64,000 bases of DNA from Minisyncoccota bacterium (GCA_022842945.1 JALHOO010000001.1:221830-285829); one strand, 5' to 3'; shown: positions 38,642 to 49,630, counted from the first letter of the stretch. The notes: generated by a model not told the origin, from the letters alone. Program-made: numbers and translations.

Positions 38642-40528
38642 CTACTCCTTCGGCTTCGCTTCCTCCGTAAACTCAGCGTCAGTGGTGCCGGCCTCTGGAG
38701 CTGCTTCTCCTTCCTTTGCAGGCTCCTCCTTCATCATAGACTCGCCAATCTTTGAGAGTGAAGTTGAGAGCGCTTCAGACGCGGTCTTGATTGCGTCGAG
38801 ATCTTCCCCGTCGCGAGCAGTGCGAAGAAGAGCGATCTTCTCGTTCACTTCCGTAACTACGTCAGCGGGAGCCTTCTCGCCTGCGTCCTTAACTGCCTTC
38901 TCAGCCGTGTAGATCATCTGCTCTGCGAGGTTCTTTGCCTCAACAATCTCTTTGCGCTTTGCGTCTTCTCCTGCATGCGCCTCTGCATCAGCCTTCATCT
39001 TCTCGATGTCAGCTTCTGAGAGTCCTGTTGAGCCTTCGATGCGGATAGACTGCTCCTTGCCGGTTGTCTTCTCAACCGCCTTCACGGTTAGGATACCGTT
39101 GGTATCAAGATCAAATGACACCTCTACCTGCGGAAGACCGCGTGGAGCCGGTGGGATGCCGTCGAGCATGAAGCGTCCAAGAGACTTGTTGTCTGCAGCC
39201 ATAGCGCGCTCTCCCTGCGTAACATGAATCTCAACCGAGGTCTGGTTGTCGCTTGCCGTTGAGAACGTCTGGCTACGTGAGGTTGGGACAGCGGTATTGC
39301 GCTCGATGAGCTTGGTAGCAACGCCTCCCATAGTCTCAATAGAGAGCGAGAGCGGAATAACGTCCACGAGAAGGATGTCCTTCACGTCGCCCTGGAGAAT
39401 ACCTGCCTGAATAGCAGCGCCAATAGCCACAACCTCGTCCGGATTCACGTCGCGGTGTGGCTTCTTTCCGAAGAGCTTCTCAACCTCTTCCTGGATCTTC
39501 GGCATGCGGGTCTGCCCTCCAACAAGAATGATCTCGCTAATATCGGAAGCCTTGAAGCCTGACGCCTCGAGCGCGCGCTTGGTGATGTCTATTGAGCGTG
39601 CGATGTACCCGTCTGCAAGAGACTCGAGGTTCGCGCGTGTGAGCTTAACGAGAAGGTGCTGTGGCGTACCGTCTGAACCAACGGTTATGAACGGGATGTT
39701 TACTTCTGTCTCTGAAGACGTTGAGAGTTCGTGCTTCGCCTTCTCAGCACCCTCGTCAAGACGCTGGAGCGCGAGCGGGTCCTTCGTTACATCGAGTCCA
39801 GTCTCCTTCTTAAACTCGTCTGCGATGTAGCGAACAATCTTCTGGTCGATATCGCGTCCACCCATGTGGCTGTCGCCGTCGGTAGACTTCACCTCGATAA
39901 CATCGTCGCCAACCTCAAGCACCGACACGTCGAAGGTTCCTCCGCCGAAGTCGTAGACAACAATCTTTTCTTCCTTCTTCTTGTTGAAGCCGTACGCGAG
40001 AGCGGCTGCGGTTGGCTCGTTGATGATGCGAAGCACTTCAAGACCCGCAACCTGTCCCGCAGCCTTAGTAGCGGCACGCTGTGCGTCGTCAAAGTAGGCA
40101 GGCACCGTAATAACCGCCTGGGTGATAGTCTCGCCTAGCTTCTTCTCAGCATCAGCCTTCATCTTCGAAAGGATCATTGCAGACACCTCCTCAGGACGAT
40201 AGTCCTTGTCGCCAAGGTGTACCTCAACACCGCCATTAGGTCCGCTCTTGATCTCGTACGGCACGACATCCTTGTCTTTCGTTACGACACTGTCGGTGAA
40301 CGCATGGCCCATGAAGCGCTTGATGCCGTAGATAGTATTCTTCGGATTCGTTACGGCCTGACGCTTTGCGAGTGTTCCTACGAGACGCTCACCATTCTTT
40401 GCGATTGCAACAACCGATGGCGTGGTGCGCGTACCCTCCGCGTTCTCAAGGACGCGTGGCTCGCCTCCCTCCATGATCGCCATGGCGGAGTTGGTTGTAC
40501 CGAGGTCTATACCGAGAATCTTTCCCAT
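38642..40528 (-). CDS. dnaK: Chaperone DnaK
   Basis: GIDLGTTNS and DFGGGTFD. Confidence 0.98.
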   Translation of the reverse strand: MGKILGIDLGTTNSAMAIMEGGEPRVLENAEGTRTTPSVVAIAKNGERLVGTLAKRQAVTNPKNTIYGIKRFMGHAFTDSVVTKDKDVVPYEIKSGPNGGVEVHLGDKDYRPEEVSAMILSKMKADAEKKLGETITQAVITVPAYFDDAQRAATKAAGQVAGLEVLRIINEPTAAALAYGFNKKKEEKIVVYDFGGGTFDVSVLEVGDDVIEVKSTDGDSHMGGRDIDQKIVRYIADEFKKETGLDVTKDPLALQRLDEGAEKAKHELSTSSETEVNIPFITVGSDGTPQHLLVKLTRANLESLADGYIARSIDITKRALEASGFKASDISEIILVGGQTRMPKIQEEVEKLFGKKPHRDVNPDEVVAIGAAIQAGILQGDVKDILLVDVIPLSLSIETMGGVATKLIERNTAVPTSRSQTFSTASDNQTSVEIHVTQGERAMAADNKSLGRFMLDGIPPAPRGLPQVEVSFDLDTNGILTVKAVEKTTGKEQSIRIEGSTGLSEADIEKMKADAEAHAGEDAKRKEIVEAKNLAEQMIYTAEKAVKDAGEKAPADVVTEVNEKIALLRTARDGEDLDAIKTASEALSTSLSKIGESMMKEEPAKEGEAAPEAGTTDAEFTEEAKPKE

Positions 40529-40636
40529 AGTGAAAATTGGCTAATTGAATAACACTCTAGTTCGCACACTATAAAAGTCCCCCTGTTCCTGAAGCACTCA
40601 TTTTACGCTTCCTACCGTAGGGTTCAAGGGGTCTCC

Positions 40637-41191
40637 CTATCCCGCAAACGAGCCTACACGCACCTTCGCTGCGCGCACGATAAGCTCCCCTGCTTTCCAT
40701 CCGGTTTCAAGAACGGCCGTAACAATTTCATCCTGCTCGCTAGAGTCTACCGGGTCCTGTCCAAGTGCCTCATGTCGCATAGGATCGAAGGCTTCTCCAA
40801 CCTCGCCGAACTGTACGAGACCGAGACTCCCTGTGGCGTCATGTAGCTGCTTTGCTATAGCTTGGAAGGATGCAGGAATTTCTCCTGTTGCTTCTGCGCG
40901 CGCGAGCGAGTCCATGGGCGTAATGAACGCATGGGACGCCTTCAGTACACCAAGCTTAATGGCCTCCATGCGCTCTTCTTCGAAGCGCTTGAGGGCGTTT
41001 ACGTAATCTGCCTTTGCGCGCTGCCATCCATCAAGATGTTCCTGGCGCTCCTTTTTGCAGATATCAAGTTCAGCTTTAAGCTTCTTGGTCTTCGCATCCA
41101 TGCGCGACTCCGTTGCCTCGAGCTCTTCCTCGCTCATGCCGTCTTCTTCAGCGCCGTCGCGCTCAACTGAAATGTCATCGTTCTCATCCAT
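40637..41191 (-). CDS. grpE: Nucleotide exchange factor GrpE
   Basis: WQRAKADYVN, FDPMRHEA and RAAKVRV. Confidence 0.93.
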   Translation of the reverse strand: MDENDDISVERDGAEEDGMSEEELEATESRMDAKTKKLKAELDICKKERQEHLDGWQRAKADYVNALKRFEEERMEAIKLGVLKASHAFITPMDSLARAEATGEIPASFQAIAKQLHDATGSLGLVQFGEVGEAFDPMRHEALGQDPVDSSEQDEIVTAVLETGWKAGELIVRAAKVRVGSFAG

Positions 41192-41267
41192 ATACTAAGA
41201 CTATGCCTGAAAGCATGAGTCGAGTCAAAACGTGTTTTCTTAGAAGAAGATTCTCAGAAATAAATAA

Positions 41268-41660
41268 CTATTCCGTTGTATCGCCCAGATATTCTTCGTG
41301 ATCTTTGTCGGCGTCTGCTTTTGTCTTGTGCACTACACCGTCCTCGTGATGTGGCATGGCATAGATACTGTAGAGCTTTAGATCTATGTCTCCTGTGTTA
41401 ATGATGTTGTGCTCTGTACCTGCTGGAATAACAGTAGCGGAGTCGTCCTTTAGGGCGTGCTCTACTCCGTCTAGAATTGCCTTCCCTTCTCCCGCCTCTA
41501 CACGGATAAACTGGTCTTGCCCGTGTATCTCTACACCAATGTCTTCTCCTTTCGGAATAGACATAACAACCAGCTGCATGTAAGAGGCTGTGTAGAGCAC
41601 CTTCCTGAAGTTGGTGTTGTCGAGCGTCTCGCGCTCAATGTCTGCTAGGTATCCTTTCAT
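41268..41660 (-). CDS. Cupin domain protein
   Basis: EIHGQDQFIRVEAGEG and IPAGTEHN. Confidence 0.85.
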   Translation of the reverse strand: MKGYLADIERETLDNTNFRKVLYTASYMQLVVMSIPKGEDIGVEIHGQDQFIRVEAGEGKAILDGVEHALKDDSATVIPAGTEHNIINTGDIDLKLYSIYAMPHHEDGVVHKTKADADKDHEEYLGDTTE

Positions 41661-42060
41661 GGTGTGCAGGTTAGTTTTCTATACGGTACCACGCATTGAA
41701 TGGTGCGCACATGAAGAAAAGAATTCAGCCCCGACGTCCTGATGGACGCGGGGCTGAGGGTTGTGTCACCCGAAGGTGAGGTTGATGGTCGCGCGATATC
41801 AGCTGGGGCCGGCCGAAGCGGCACGGAGTTCCAGCAGCGGGTGCGGACGGTCGACAGCGGGAGCGACGGCGGCCAGGGCGATGTCGGAGCCGATGTGGCC
41901 CGGGGGAAGGTTCTTCATCTCTGTCTCTCCAGAGGCTGTGATATCGAAAGCGGGATGCTCTCGATTCCCCAAGAGTACTCCTATCTTCATGAAGTACAAG
42001 AGGTTATCAACAAACAACAAATCCCCGCAGGAAGCGGGGATTTGTTGGTGTGATGCGATA

Positions 42061-42465
42061 TTAACGCTTCGACCACTGTGGACTCTTGCGAGCCTTGCGA
42101 AGACCTGGCTTCTTGCGCTCAACGGCACGAGGGTCGCGCTTAAGGAATCCTGCAGCCTTGAGTGCTGGACGGCTTCCCTCCTCGATAAGAGTAAGAGCGC
42201 GAGAGATAGCGTGACGTACGGCAACTGCCTGTGCGCTCTTGCCTCCTCCCTGTACGCGAGCCATAACCTCGTAGTTGTTCTTGTGCTCCTCAACACGGAA
42301 GGCGTCTCCGGTGATGGACTCGCGCTCTGCAGTGTTGAAATACTCGCGAGCGTCCATACCGTTAACCGTAACGGTGTTCTTCTCCGACGGAGTGAGCTTT
42401 ACGCGTGCGCTTGCCGTCTTGCGACGACCGACAGCGGTAACGTACTTCTGGGTGTTCTCAGCCAT
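42061..42465 (-). CDS. rpsI: 30S ribosomal protein S9
   Basis: GRRKTASARV...PQWSKR. Confidence 0.97.
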   Translation of the reverse strand: MAENTQKYVTAVGRRKTASARVKLTPSEKNTVTVNGMDAREYFNTAERESITGDAFRVEEHKNNYEVMARVQGGGKSAQAVAVRHAISRALTLIEEGSRPALKAAGFLKRDPRAVERKKPGLRKARKSPQWSKR

Positions 42466-42470
42466 AGAAT

Positions 42471-42848
42471 CTAGTCGGTAATAGTAAGACGCTTCATGCG
42501 CTCCTTGCGAAGCTTGTTGCGCGGAATCATGCCGTCAACTGCCTTCCAGAGAGCCTCGCTCACACCCTTCTTCTGAAGAAGGTTTGAGAGAGACGTAATG
42601 CGAAGACCTCCTGGGTAGCCGGTGTAGCGGGTGTACTCCTTTCCCGCTATGCGCTTCTCGGTCATAACGAGCTTTGAGGCGTTGATAATCTCAACCTCAG
42701 CTGCAACGACTTCGTTCTGCATGTACTGTGCAGACTTCTTTCCAAGAAGGATAGAAGCAGCCTCGCTCGCTACGCGTCCAAGCGAACCTCCTGCCGCGTC
42801 TACGGTGTAGAGCGTGCGCTCTCCTTTCTGTGTCTTAGTAGTAGCCAT
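42471..42848 (-). CDS. rplM: 50S ribosomal protein L13
   Basis: LGRVAS and YTGYPGG. Confidence 0.95.
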   Translation of the reverse strand: MATTKTQKGERTLYTVDAAGGSLGRVASEAASILLGKKSAQYMQNEVVAAEVEIINASKLVMTEKRIAGKEYTRYTGYPGGLRITSLSNLLQKKGVSEALWKAVDGMIPRNKLRKERMKRLTITD

Positions 42849-42853
42849 AAATA

Positions 42854-43207
42854 TTATACGAATGCGATATACGCGGTCTTGCGTCCGTCTGAAGCGGTTG
42901 CTGCACGCTTAACGATGCGGGTGTAGCCTCCAGGACGCTCGGTGTAGCGAGGCGCAATGGTCGCAAAGAGCTTCGCAGTGGACTCGTCATCGTTTCCAAG
43001 ACGTGCCGCAACCAAACGGCGATTCGCAACGGAATCGACGCGGGCATGGGATACGAGCTTCTCGATGATCGGGCGGAGCTCCTTAGCCTTTGCCTCGGTT
43101 GTCGAGATACGCTCGTGGATGATCAGGGAGCGCATGAGGGAACGCATCAACGCTGTGCGCTGGTCATGCGGTCGTCCGAACGTCCTTCCTTTGTGGTGAT
43201 GGCGCAT
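42854..43207 (-). CDS. rplQ: 50S ribosomal protein L17
   Basis: TTEAKAKE and RPGGYTRI. Confidence 0.97.
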   Translation of the reverse strand: MRHHHKGRTFGRPHDQRTALMRSLMRSLIIHERISTTEAKAKELRPIIEKLVSHARVDSVANRRLVAARLGNDDESTAKLFATIAPRYTERPGGYTRIVKRAATASDGRKTAYIAFV

Positions 43208-43253
43208 ATACTTGTTTTAACACGATTTCTGACCTGAGTCCAAATCCCTACTA

Positions 43254-44204
43254 TTATTCGCCCTTAAGCTCGAGTCCAAGGGCATCGAGTGCCTCCTTGA
43301 TCTCAGTTACTGCCTTCTCGCCAACACCCTCGAGCTCGAGGAGCTGTGAGGCGGTCTTCTTCACGAGTCCTGCTACAGACTTGATGCCAGCGTCGCTGAG
43401 CGCGGTCTCAATACGAGCACCAAGACCGAGTTCCTCGATCTTTGCCTTTGCTGGGTCCTTGCCCGGAGCCTTGTCCTCAGACTTCGCTGGAAGGTCCGTT
43501 ACCGACTCTGATGTTGCCTCCTGGAAGCCAACGATAGCTGAGAGCTGGTGGATCATAACCTCGATTGAGCTCTCAAGAGCCTCGCGAGGGGTGATAGTGC
43601 CGTTGGTCTCGATGAGCATACGGAGACGGTTGAAGTCCGTACGGTCTCCAACGCGCATGTTCTCAACCTCGTAGTTAACGCGGCGAATTGGGGTGAATGT
43701 TGCATCGAGTGCAATGGTACCGATATCAACCTTGTCCTTGGTAAGAAGCTCGCGGGCAACGTAGCCGAGACCGCGCTCGATAGTAGCCTCTAGCTCAAAC
43801 GAGATCTTGCCTGATACGTCCGCAATGTGCGCGTCTGGGTTTGCAATCTCAACCTGGCTCGGAAGCTTGAAGTCTGCTGCCGTAACCTGCTTTGGTCCCT
43901 TAACAGAAAGAGAGATAGTCTGCGGCTCGTCTCCGTGAAGTGCGAAGTGTACGCGCTTCAAGTTGAGGAGAACCTCCATAACAGACTCGCGCACGCCCTC
44001 CATGGTAGCGAACTCGTGTGAGACGCCGTCAATCTTAACGGAGGTAACTGCAGCTCCTGGAAGAGATGCGTGAATAATACGGCGTAGTGAGTTGCCGAGC
44101 GTGTGGCCGTAGCCTGGATAGAGCGAATCTATCTCATAAATTCCCTGTACGCCTTCTTCTGAGACGACGCGGGGCTTCGAGGGGAGCGTGATGTGGTGTT
44201 CCAT
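43254..44204 (-). CDS. rpoA: RNA polymerase alpha subunit
   Basis: GYGHTLGNSLRR and RVGDRTDF. Confidence 0.97.
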   Translation of the reverse strand: MEHHITLPSKPRVVSEEGVQGIYEIDSLYPGYGHTLGNSLRRIIHASLPGAAVTSVKIDGVSHEFATMEGVRESVMEVLLNLKRVHFALHGDEPQTISLSVKGPKQVTAADFKLPSQVEIANPDAHIADVSGKISFELEATIERGLGYVARELLTKDKVDIGTIALDATFTPIRRVNYEVENMRVGDRTDFNRLRMLIETNGTITPREALESSIEVMIHQLSAIVGFQEATSESVTDLPAKSEDKAPGKDPAKAKIEELGLGARIETALSDAGIKSVAGLVKKTASQLLELEGVGEKAVTEIKEALDALGLELKGE

Positions 44205-44248
44205 GACTCAATCAGATTAAACCAACAATAAAGCTGAACGTATAAAGA

Positions 44249-44863
44249 CTAGCGGCTGTAGAACGAAAGCACAGTAACCAGGTTGCCTGCAGGAGCCGCC
44301 GCCTCTTCAGTCGGGACTTCTACAACGCCACCCTCCATGGTCTTCGCATTCCATGAGAGCCACGACGCAAGCGTCGGACGCTCAAGGAACTTCTCTGCGA
44401 AGTTCTCGAACAAAACGGCACTCTTCGAGCCCTCGCGCACACCGATGGTCTCACCGATCTTCATCGCGCGTGATGGGATCGTGGTCTTCACTCCGTTCAC
44501 CGTAAGGTGCCCGTGAGAGACCATCTGGCGTGCTGCGCGACGCGTTGGCGCAAGTCCAATGCGGTACGCAACGTTGTCGAGACGAAGCTCGAGAAGGCGG
44601 TGGAGGGTTTCTGCAGGAGGAAGACCGTGGGTTGCGTTTGCTGTTGCAACGTAGTTTGAGAACTGCTTCTCAGAAAGGCCGTAGGTCATACGAACCTTCT
44701 GCTTCTCTAGAAGCTGCTTGCCGAACTCAGTCTGGTTCTGGCGACGTCCCTTCTTGTTGCGTGCTGCACGCTCTTCAGCGATAGCAAACTTCTGGGTCTG
44801 GGTCTTCTCGAAGACGCTTGCACCGAGGCGCTTTGCGATCTTGTACTTAGGTCCGATTTTCAT
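44249..44863 (-). CDS. rpsD: 30S ribosomal protein S4
   Basis: LELRLDN and ARQMVSHGH. Confidence 0.97.
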   Translation of the reverse strand: MKIGPKYKIAKRLGASVFEKTQTQKFAIAEERAARNKKGRRQNQTEFGKQLLEKQKVRMTYGLSEKQFSNYVATANATHGLPPAETLHRLLELRLDNVAYRIGLAPTRRAARQMVSHGHLTVNGVKTTIPSRAMKIGETIGVREGSKSAVLFENFAEKFLERPTLASWLSWNAKTMEGGVVEVPTEEAAAPAGNLVTVLSFYSR

Positions 44864-44887
44864 AGGTAGGTAAAAAGAAGTGAAAGA

Positions 44888-45322
44888 CTATACGCGACGA
44901 GCCTTCTTCGGGCGTGGGCCGTTGTGCGGCACCGGTGTTGCGTCCTTGATAGCGCGAATGGCAATACCCTTTCCAGCAAAGGCACGGAGTGCGGACTCGC
45001 GTCCAGCACCGATACCGCGGATAACAACCGAAGCCTCCTTCACACCGATAAGAAGTGCCTTGTCGCCAAGGAGCTCGCCAACTTTTGCAGCGGCGTACGG
45101 AGTAGACTTGCGGGCTCCAGAGAAGCCAAGCGCGCCCGCAGAAGAAGAGATGATCGCATTGCCCTTGTCGTCGGTAAGGACGGCCTTGGTGTTGTTGAAG
45201 GTGGCCTCAACGTGAAGAACACCACGCTCGAGACGCTTCTTAACGGCCTTGGACATCGCACGGTCCTTGCGACCCTGGTCCATGCCCTTTCCGGACTTCT
45301 TGATGATTCTCTTCTTTCCCAT
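44888..45322 (-). CDS. rpsK: 30S ribosomal protein S11
   Basis: TFNNT, KSTPYAA and TPVPHNG. Confidence 0.97.
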   Translation of the reverse strand: MGKKRIIKKSGKGMDQGRKDRAMSKAVKKRLERGVLHVEATFNNTKAVLTDDKGNAIISSSAGALGFSGARKSTPYAAAKVGELLGDKALLIGVKEASVVIRGIGAGRESALRAFAGKGIAIRAIKDATPVPHNGPRPKKARRV

Positions 45323-45355
45323 AGTAATTGGTTCGTTGAATTAAAAGTATGCGGT

Positions 45356-45736
45356 CTATGTCTTCTCAAGCGTACGACGTCCGCTACCCATAGTCTTGCG
45401 GGTGTTGCCGCGGACGGTGCGGGAGTTGGTCTTAGTGCGCTGTGCGCGTACCGGAAGACGGCGCTCGTGACGGATGCCACGTGCTGAACGAATGTCCTTA
45501 AGACGCTTAACGTTCTGGCTCTCCTCGCGGCGGAGCTCTCCTTCGATGGTGTACGCCTCTGAGAGGGTACGAATCTTCTGCTCCTCATCTGCAGAGAGAT
45601 CCTTGCCCTTGCGTGTTGGCTCTACACCAGCCTCCTTAAGAATAGTGAGGGCGCGTGTTGGACCAATGCCAAAGATAAGAGGCAGTGCGTACGCAAGCTG
45701 CTTGTCGTCTGGAAGGGTAACACCGGCGATACGCAT
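45356..45736 (-). CDS. rpsM: 30S ribosomal protein S13
   Basis: RIAGV and LPVRAQRTKTN. Confidence 0.97.
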   Translation of the reverse strand: MRIAGVTLPDDKQLAYALPLIFGIGPTRALTILKEAGVEPTRKGKDLSADEEQKIRTLSEAYTIEGELRREESQNVKRLKDIRSARGIRHERRLPVRAQRTKTNSRTVRGNTRKTMGSGRRTLEKT

Positions 45737-45783
45737 GGATACGAGGAATTAAAAAGAGAAATACAGGATAAGTAATGTGGCGA

Positions 45784-45900
45784 CTAGCCCTGACGAGCTT
45801 TGCGGCGCGGGTTGCGCTTGTTGATACGGTACAAGCGTCCGCGTCGGCGGACGATGATATCTCCAGGTTCTTGAACTTTTATGGATGCACGTACCTTCAT
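45784..45900 (-). CDS. rpmJ: 50S ribosomal protein L36, zinc-free type
   Basis: Hand-translated as [38 protein letters not shown]; lies between infA and rpsM. Confidence 0.93.
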   Translation of the reverse strand: MKVRASIKVQEPGDIIVRRRGRLYRINKRNPRRKARQG

Positions 45901-45913
45901 CTTTCAGGGTTTT

Positions 45914-46129
45914 TTAGCTAAGTCGCCTCACAATGCGCGCACGTCCGCCATACGGGTCGATGACCAGTTCAACCTGATCTCCTACCAGCACGCGTATACG
46001 GTGCAAACGCATCTTTCCAGCGAGGTAGGCAAGCTGGAGCTCTCCCGTTGGCATCCTAACCCTAAAAAGGGAATTAGGAAGCACCTCCTCTACGGAGCCG
46101 GTTGCTGCGCCTTCTTTACTTACCTCCAT
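45914..46129 (-). CDS. infA: Translation initiation factor IF-1
   Basis: EVLPNSLFRV and GKMRLHRIRVLVGD. Confidence 0.95.
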   Translation of the reverse strand: MEVSKEGAATGSVEEVLPNSLFRVRMPTGELQLAYLAGKMRLHRIRVLVGDQVELVIDPYGGRARIVRRLS

Positions 46130-46226
46130 GTGAAGCTTTATTATCCTACCAAGCAAGAGAAACAACGTCAACCAGCCGAATTGGTATATCGGCTGGGAAC
46201 GCCGCACAATGCCTAGACTTTTATAA

Positions 46227-47483
46227 TTACGGTTCGTTTCGAACCGTTACCTTTATCTTCGCTGGGTCTGCCGGGAACGAACGGTTCCAGAAAGGACGAA
46301 GGATAGAGTCTGCGCGGTCTACTTCTGGGAATCCAGAGAGAATAGTCCTTGCGGACTCCGCTGACTTCCCTGACACTGCCCCTGCAATACGGCTTGAATC
46401 AACGATCCAGAGGATTGTCGTGTTGCCGGCAAGAGAGAATGCGAACTCCGTTACCCCTGGGGTTGGAAGATCCCCTACCGGGGTAAGGGTAAGGCCAGAA
46501 ACATCTGATAGAACCACGCTCTGGCCGCTATAGGACCCAACAACCTGATACGCAATGCTGCGTGCGAGGCTTGCTGAAGGAAATACAGTAGCAACGGCAA
46601 TTGCCTTCTCTGAAAGCTCAACCTTTCCACCGGCTGCCGCCACGTCAGGCTGTGCCTCATACGACACACGGCTGGCTCCAGGAATAAGCACGTAGCCTTC
46701 TGGTACCCCGGCCTGAAGTGCGGCATCAATGCCCCCAGAGAGTTCTGCACGAAGTTCTGCTGCCGTCTTTTCACGTGTAGCAGTTCCAACACTTGGGCGC
46801 GGTCCCGCAAACCCGCCCTTCATAGCTTCTGCAGAGCGGGCGGTAACGAGCGTGAAAGTAGCTCCTCCCGCAAGACCCGGAAGCGTGAACGAGGTAGGAC
46901 CTACGTTGTACGACTCTCCCGTAGCGTCCGCATATACCGTAGTTTCAAGGCTTCCGGGAGTCCCGTTGCGACTTGCAGGAACGGTAACTGAGTCCCGAAT
47001 ACGGAAGATAAGCCCGTCTGGAGTCTCAAAGCGCGTGTTCTTGATGAGTTGCTGAGGAACATCCTGCTTGTTCTCAATAGTGATAGTTCCCTGTGCGGAC
47101 TGGTTAACAGTCTCCGTACCTTCGCTTTCAACTGAAGCACTCGCAACCTTCTCAACCGTAATAACCTCAAACGCAAGATCCCCTGCCCCTGCGGTCGCGA
47201 TGAATTCGCCTGTTACAGTGCTCCTGTTTTCGGTTGCCGTTACGGTAACCTCAGCTCCAGAAAACGCAAAGAGTGCTCCAACCGATATGAGCACAACGAG
47301 ACCTGCAACAATTGCCGTGCCCATAGGAAACGAGCGCCTGCGACGGGCTGGTGGCTGCGGACGAGCGTAGCTCGGGCGTTCAGGCGGGAGACCTCCTGAA
47401 GAGGTGTAGGTGGGAACATCTTCAGCGCCCTCCATAGTGCGGCGTCGGGACGGCGGGATGATATCGTTCAGGTTCTTTTGCAT
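46227..47483 (-). CDS. Membrane-anchored protein with baseplate-J-like beta domain
   Basis: TM helix then AQGTITIEN...TRFET...VYADATGESYN...AMKGG. Confidence 0.6.
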   Translation of the reverse strand: MQKNLNDIIPPSRRRTMEGAEDVPTYTSSGGLPPERPSYARPQPPARRRRSFPMGTAIVAGLVVLISVGALFAFSGAEVTVTATENRSTVTGEFIATAGAGDLAFEVITVEKVASASVESEGTETVNQSAQGTITIENKQDVPQQLIKNTRFETPDGLIFRIRDSVTVPASRNGTPGSLETTVYADATGESYNVGPTSFTLPGLAGGATFTLVTARSAEAMKGGFAGPRPSVGTATREKTAAELRAELSGGIDAALQAGVPEGYVLIPGASRVSYEAQPDVAAAGGKVELSEKAIAVATVFPSASLARSIAYQVVGSYSGQSVVLSDVSGLTLTPVGDLPTPGVTEFAFSLAGNTTILWIVDSSRIAGAVSGKSAESARTILSGFPEVDRADSILRPFWNRSFPADPAKIKVTVRNEP

Positions 47484-47570
47484 AAAACGGTAAAAAGCCT
47501 CGAATGAATGGTATGGGGATAAGTATACACCGTATACAAAGTACTCGATGGAGCTGCGGGTATAACCCTC

Positions 47571-48707
47571 CTACTTCTCCTCAATACGTGCAACAAAGAG
47601 CGCGAGGAGGGCCATGTACAGATCGCCCGTTCCCTGCCCTCGGGTTTTAACGTGTGCAGCGAGATGCGCAGGTTCAAGCGCGATTATGGAAAGAGGCTCG
47701 TCCATAAGCCAAAGCGACTTGAGCTCTCTCTCGTCAAGAATGCGCTTTATATACGGACGCACTTCCGTGTCCGCGAGCAAGAAGATGGTACGAGGAAGCG
47801 CTTCCTTTGTAGAGAACCGTAAGAATGCAGCATGCAGACTCGCTATCCAACCTTTCTGTATCTCCTCACATGCCTTCTCGAATTCCTCGTTAACGGGCTC
47901 TGGAATGAGTGCATCAGAGTCTGTATGGGTACGTGCCCCTGCCGCACGAACCTTAGAGCACAGCTCATGGGTTCCTAAGGGAATGGCAACAACAGCAGAC
48001 AGAAGGCCACGCTTAACCATAACCATGTCGGTACCACTTGCTGAAACATCAAGCACAATGAAATCTTCCTGGTGCGGGTAGAGACCTTTAAATACCTCAT
48101 ACACTATGGGTGCAAAAGCGGTTATGTGTAGGTCATGTGTATGGAATGTGCGTCGTAGAGAGGTTTCAATCTGGTGTGCAGCCTCTTTCTCAAGCGTTGA
48201 CGTAAGCAAGACAATCTCAGCCCGGGACACATATCTTCCATAGGGATGCTTAGTGTCGTACCCATTAAGCATGCTTGCGATAACACTCTGCCCGCTTAGT
48301 ATGCGACCCTGCTGAAGCTTCGGAACCCTGCGCTCTGCCTCAGCCAGGTGCCGATGGGTAAATATAAAGGATTTCCCGGTATTAAACTGGGTAATCGAGA
48401 CAATACTTTGCTGCCATGGCGCTGAAACGGAGACAAGAATGTGGTCTATCGCTGCACTACCCGTTTCCCTGCGCAAGGCTGGCGCACCCTCTTCAATCAT
48501 AAGTCGCTCAAGAAAGACCAGGGAGCGCATCATACTGTCACGGATGTCCTCCTCCTCGCGTACCTCAACCTCAACTCGTGCGGTGTAGTAGATGATAGGT
48601 TTTTCTCCATCCACCACATACACATACGCCCCGCCTACAGACGAGGAGCCGATATCGATAAGTGCGACGATGCGCGCTTTCTTTTTTCCCCACGAAAAAA
48701 GACCCAT
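47571..48707 (-). CDS. Divergent actin-like (FtsA/PilM-like) protein
   Basis: IDIGSSSV and LDVSASGTD phosphate-loop-like motifs. Confidence 0.6.
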   Translation of the reverse strand: MGLFSWGKKKARIVALIDIGSSSVGGAYVYVVDGEKPIIYYTARVEVEVREEEDIRDSMMRSLVFLERLMIEEGAPALRRETGSAAIDHILVSVSAPWQQSIVSITQFNTGKSFIFTHRHLAEAERRVPKLQQGRILSGQSVIASMLNGYDTKHPYGRYVSRAEIVLLTSTLEKEAAHQIETSLRRTFHTHDLHITAFAPIVYEVFKGLYPHQEDFIVLDVSASGTDMVMVKRGLLSAVVAIPLGTHELCSKVRAAGARTHTDSDALIPEPVNEEFEKACEEIQKGWIASLHAAFLRFSTKEALPRTIFLLADTEVRPYIKRILDERELKSLWLMDEPLSIIALEPAHLAAHVKTRGQGTGDLYMALLALFVARIEEK

Positions 48708-48787
48708 ATAGATGGAGTATAGCAGTCTAGTACGCACTATGAGAGTGCTGTGTTGGTTTGATTTGTACAAACCTGTACTCTAGGGAT

Positions 48788-49630
48788 ATGCGAACGGTTT
48801 CAAAGAAAGTACTCAGTATCGCTCTCATGAGTGTAGCGGCCATGCTTGGCGGAGCGCTCTTGCTCTACGTCTCTTCTAGCGGAGAAGCACAAACACTTCT
48901 TGAAGAATACGCATCCATACCTCCCGCAGAGTCTCCTCTTGAGACGGGTCCTCCCACTTATGTTGAGATTATGGAGTCCTGCGGGGCCTTGTTTGAAGGA
49001 GACTGCGTGCATGTACGCATTGATCCTAATGTCACTGCTCCGTCCTATATGCAAGCACGTGCGGGCATGGTGCTTCCTGTTGCCAAAGAGATCGTTACGG
49101 ACGACTCCGGAAGAGCATGGTACCGCGTACAGTTTACGGAGTGGCTACGCTATGCAGATCGTGTACCTAAAGACCTCTATATCGCAGAAGAGTTTGTAGT
49201 GCCCGTGTACAACCCGGTATCTGAAATACTTCCTACGGTTGGTGCGCAGGAAACTAATAAGCGTATTGTGGTGGATCGCTCTGAACAGACGCTATATGCG
49301 TATGAAGGAGATGAGCTCTATATGCAGACTACTATCTCAACGGGACTGGACCTAAGTCCAACACCCCGCGGTACGTTCACAGTCTTTAGAAAGACACCGA
49401 GTCGCTATATGCAGGGTCCTCTGCCTGGTATATCAGATCAGTACTATGATCTTCCAGGTGTGCCGTGGACGCTCTACTTTACGGAAGATGGCGGAGCCAT
49501 ACATGGTGCGTACTGGCATAACGACTTTGGTGCACAGCGATCTCATGGGTGTGTAAATGTGCCGCTTAGTCTTGCAAGAAAGCTGTACGAGTGGGCTCCG
49601 GTTGGGACATTAGTTGTTGTACGGGATTAG
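48788..49630 (+). CDS. L,D-transpeptidase (YkuD) with N-terminal anchor
   Basis: AIHGAYWH...SHGCVN. Confidence 0.9.
   Translation: MRTVSKKVLSIALMSVAAMLGGALLLYVSSSGEAQTLLEEYASIPPAESPLETGPPTYVEIMESCGALFEGDCVHVRIDPNVTAPSYMQARAGMVLPVAKEIVTDDSGRAWYRVQFTEWLRYADRVPKDLYIAEEFVVPVYNPVSEILPTVGAQETNKRIVVDRSEQTLYAYEGDELYMQTTISTGLDLSPTPRGTFTVFRKTPSRYMQGPLPGISDQYYDLPGVPWTLYFTEDGGAIHGAYWHNDFGAQRSHGCVNVPLSLARKLYEWAPVGTLVVVRD

Noticed and set aside
46227-47483. Baseplate-J-like gene as evidence of a prophage
   Set aside because: It is membrane-anchored, paired with an FtsA-like gene next to ribosomal genes, and has no phage neighbours.
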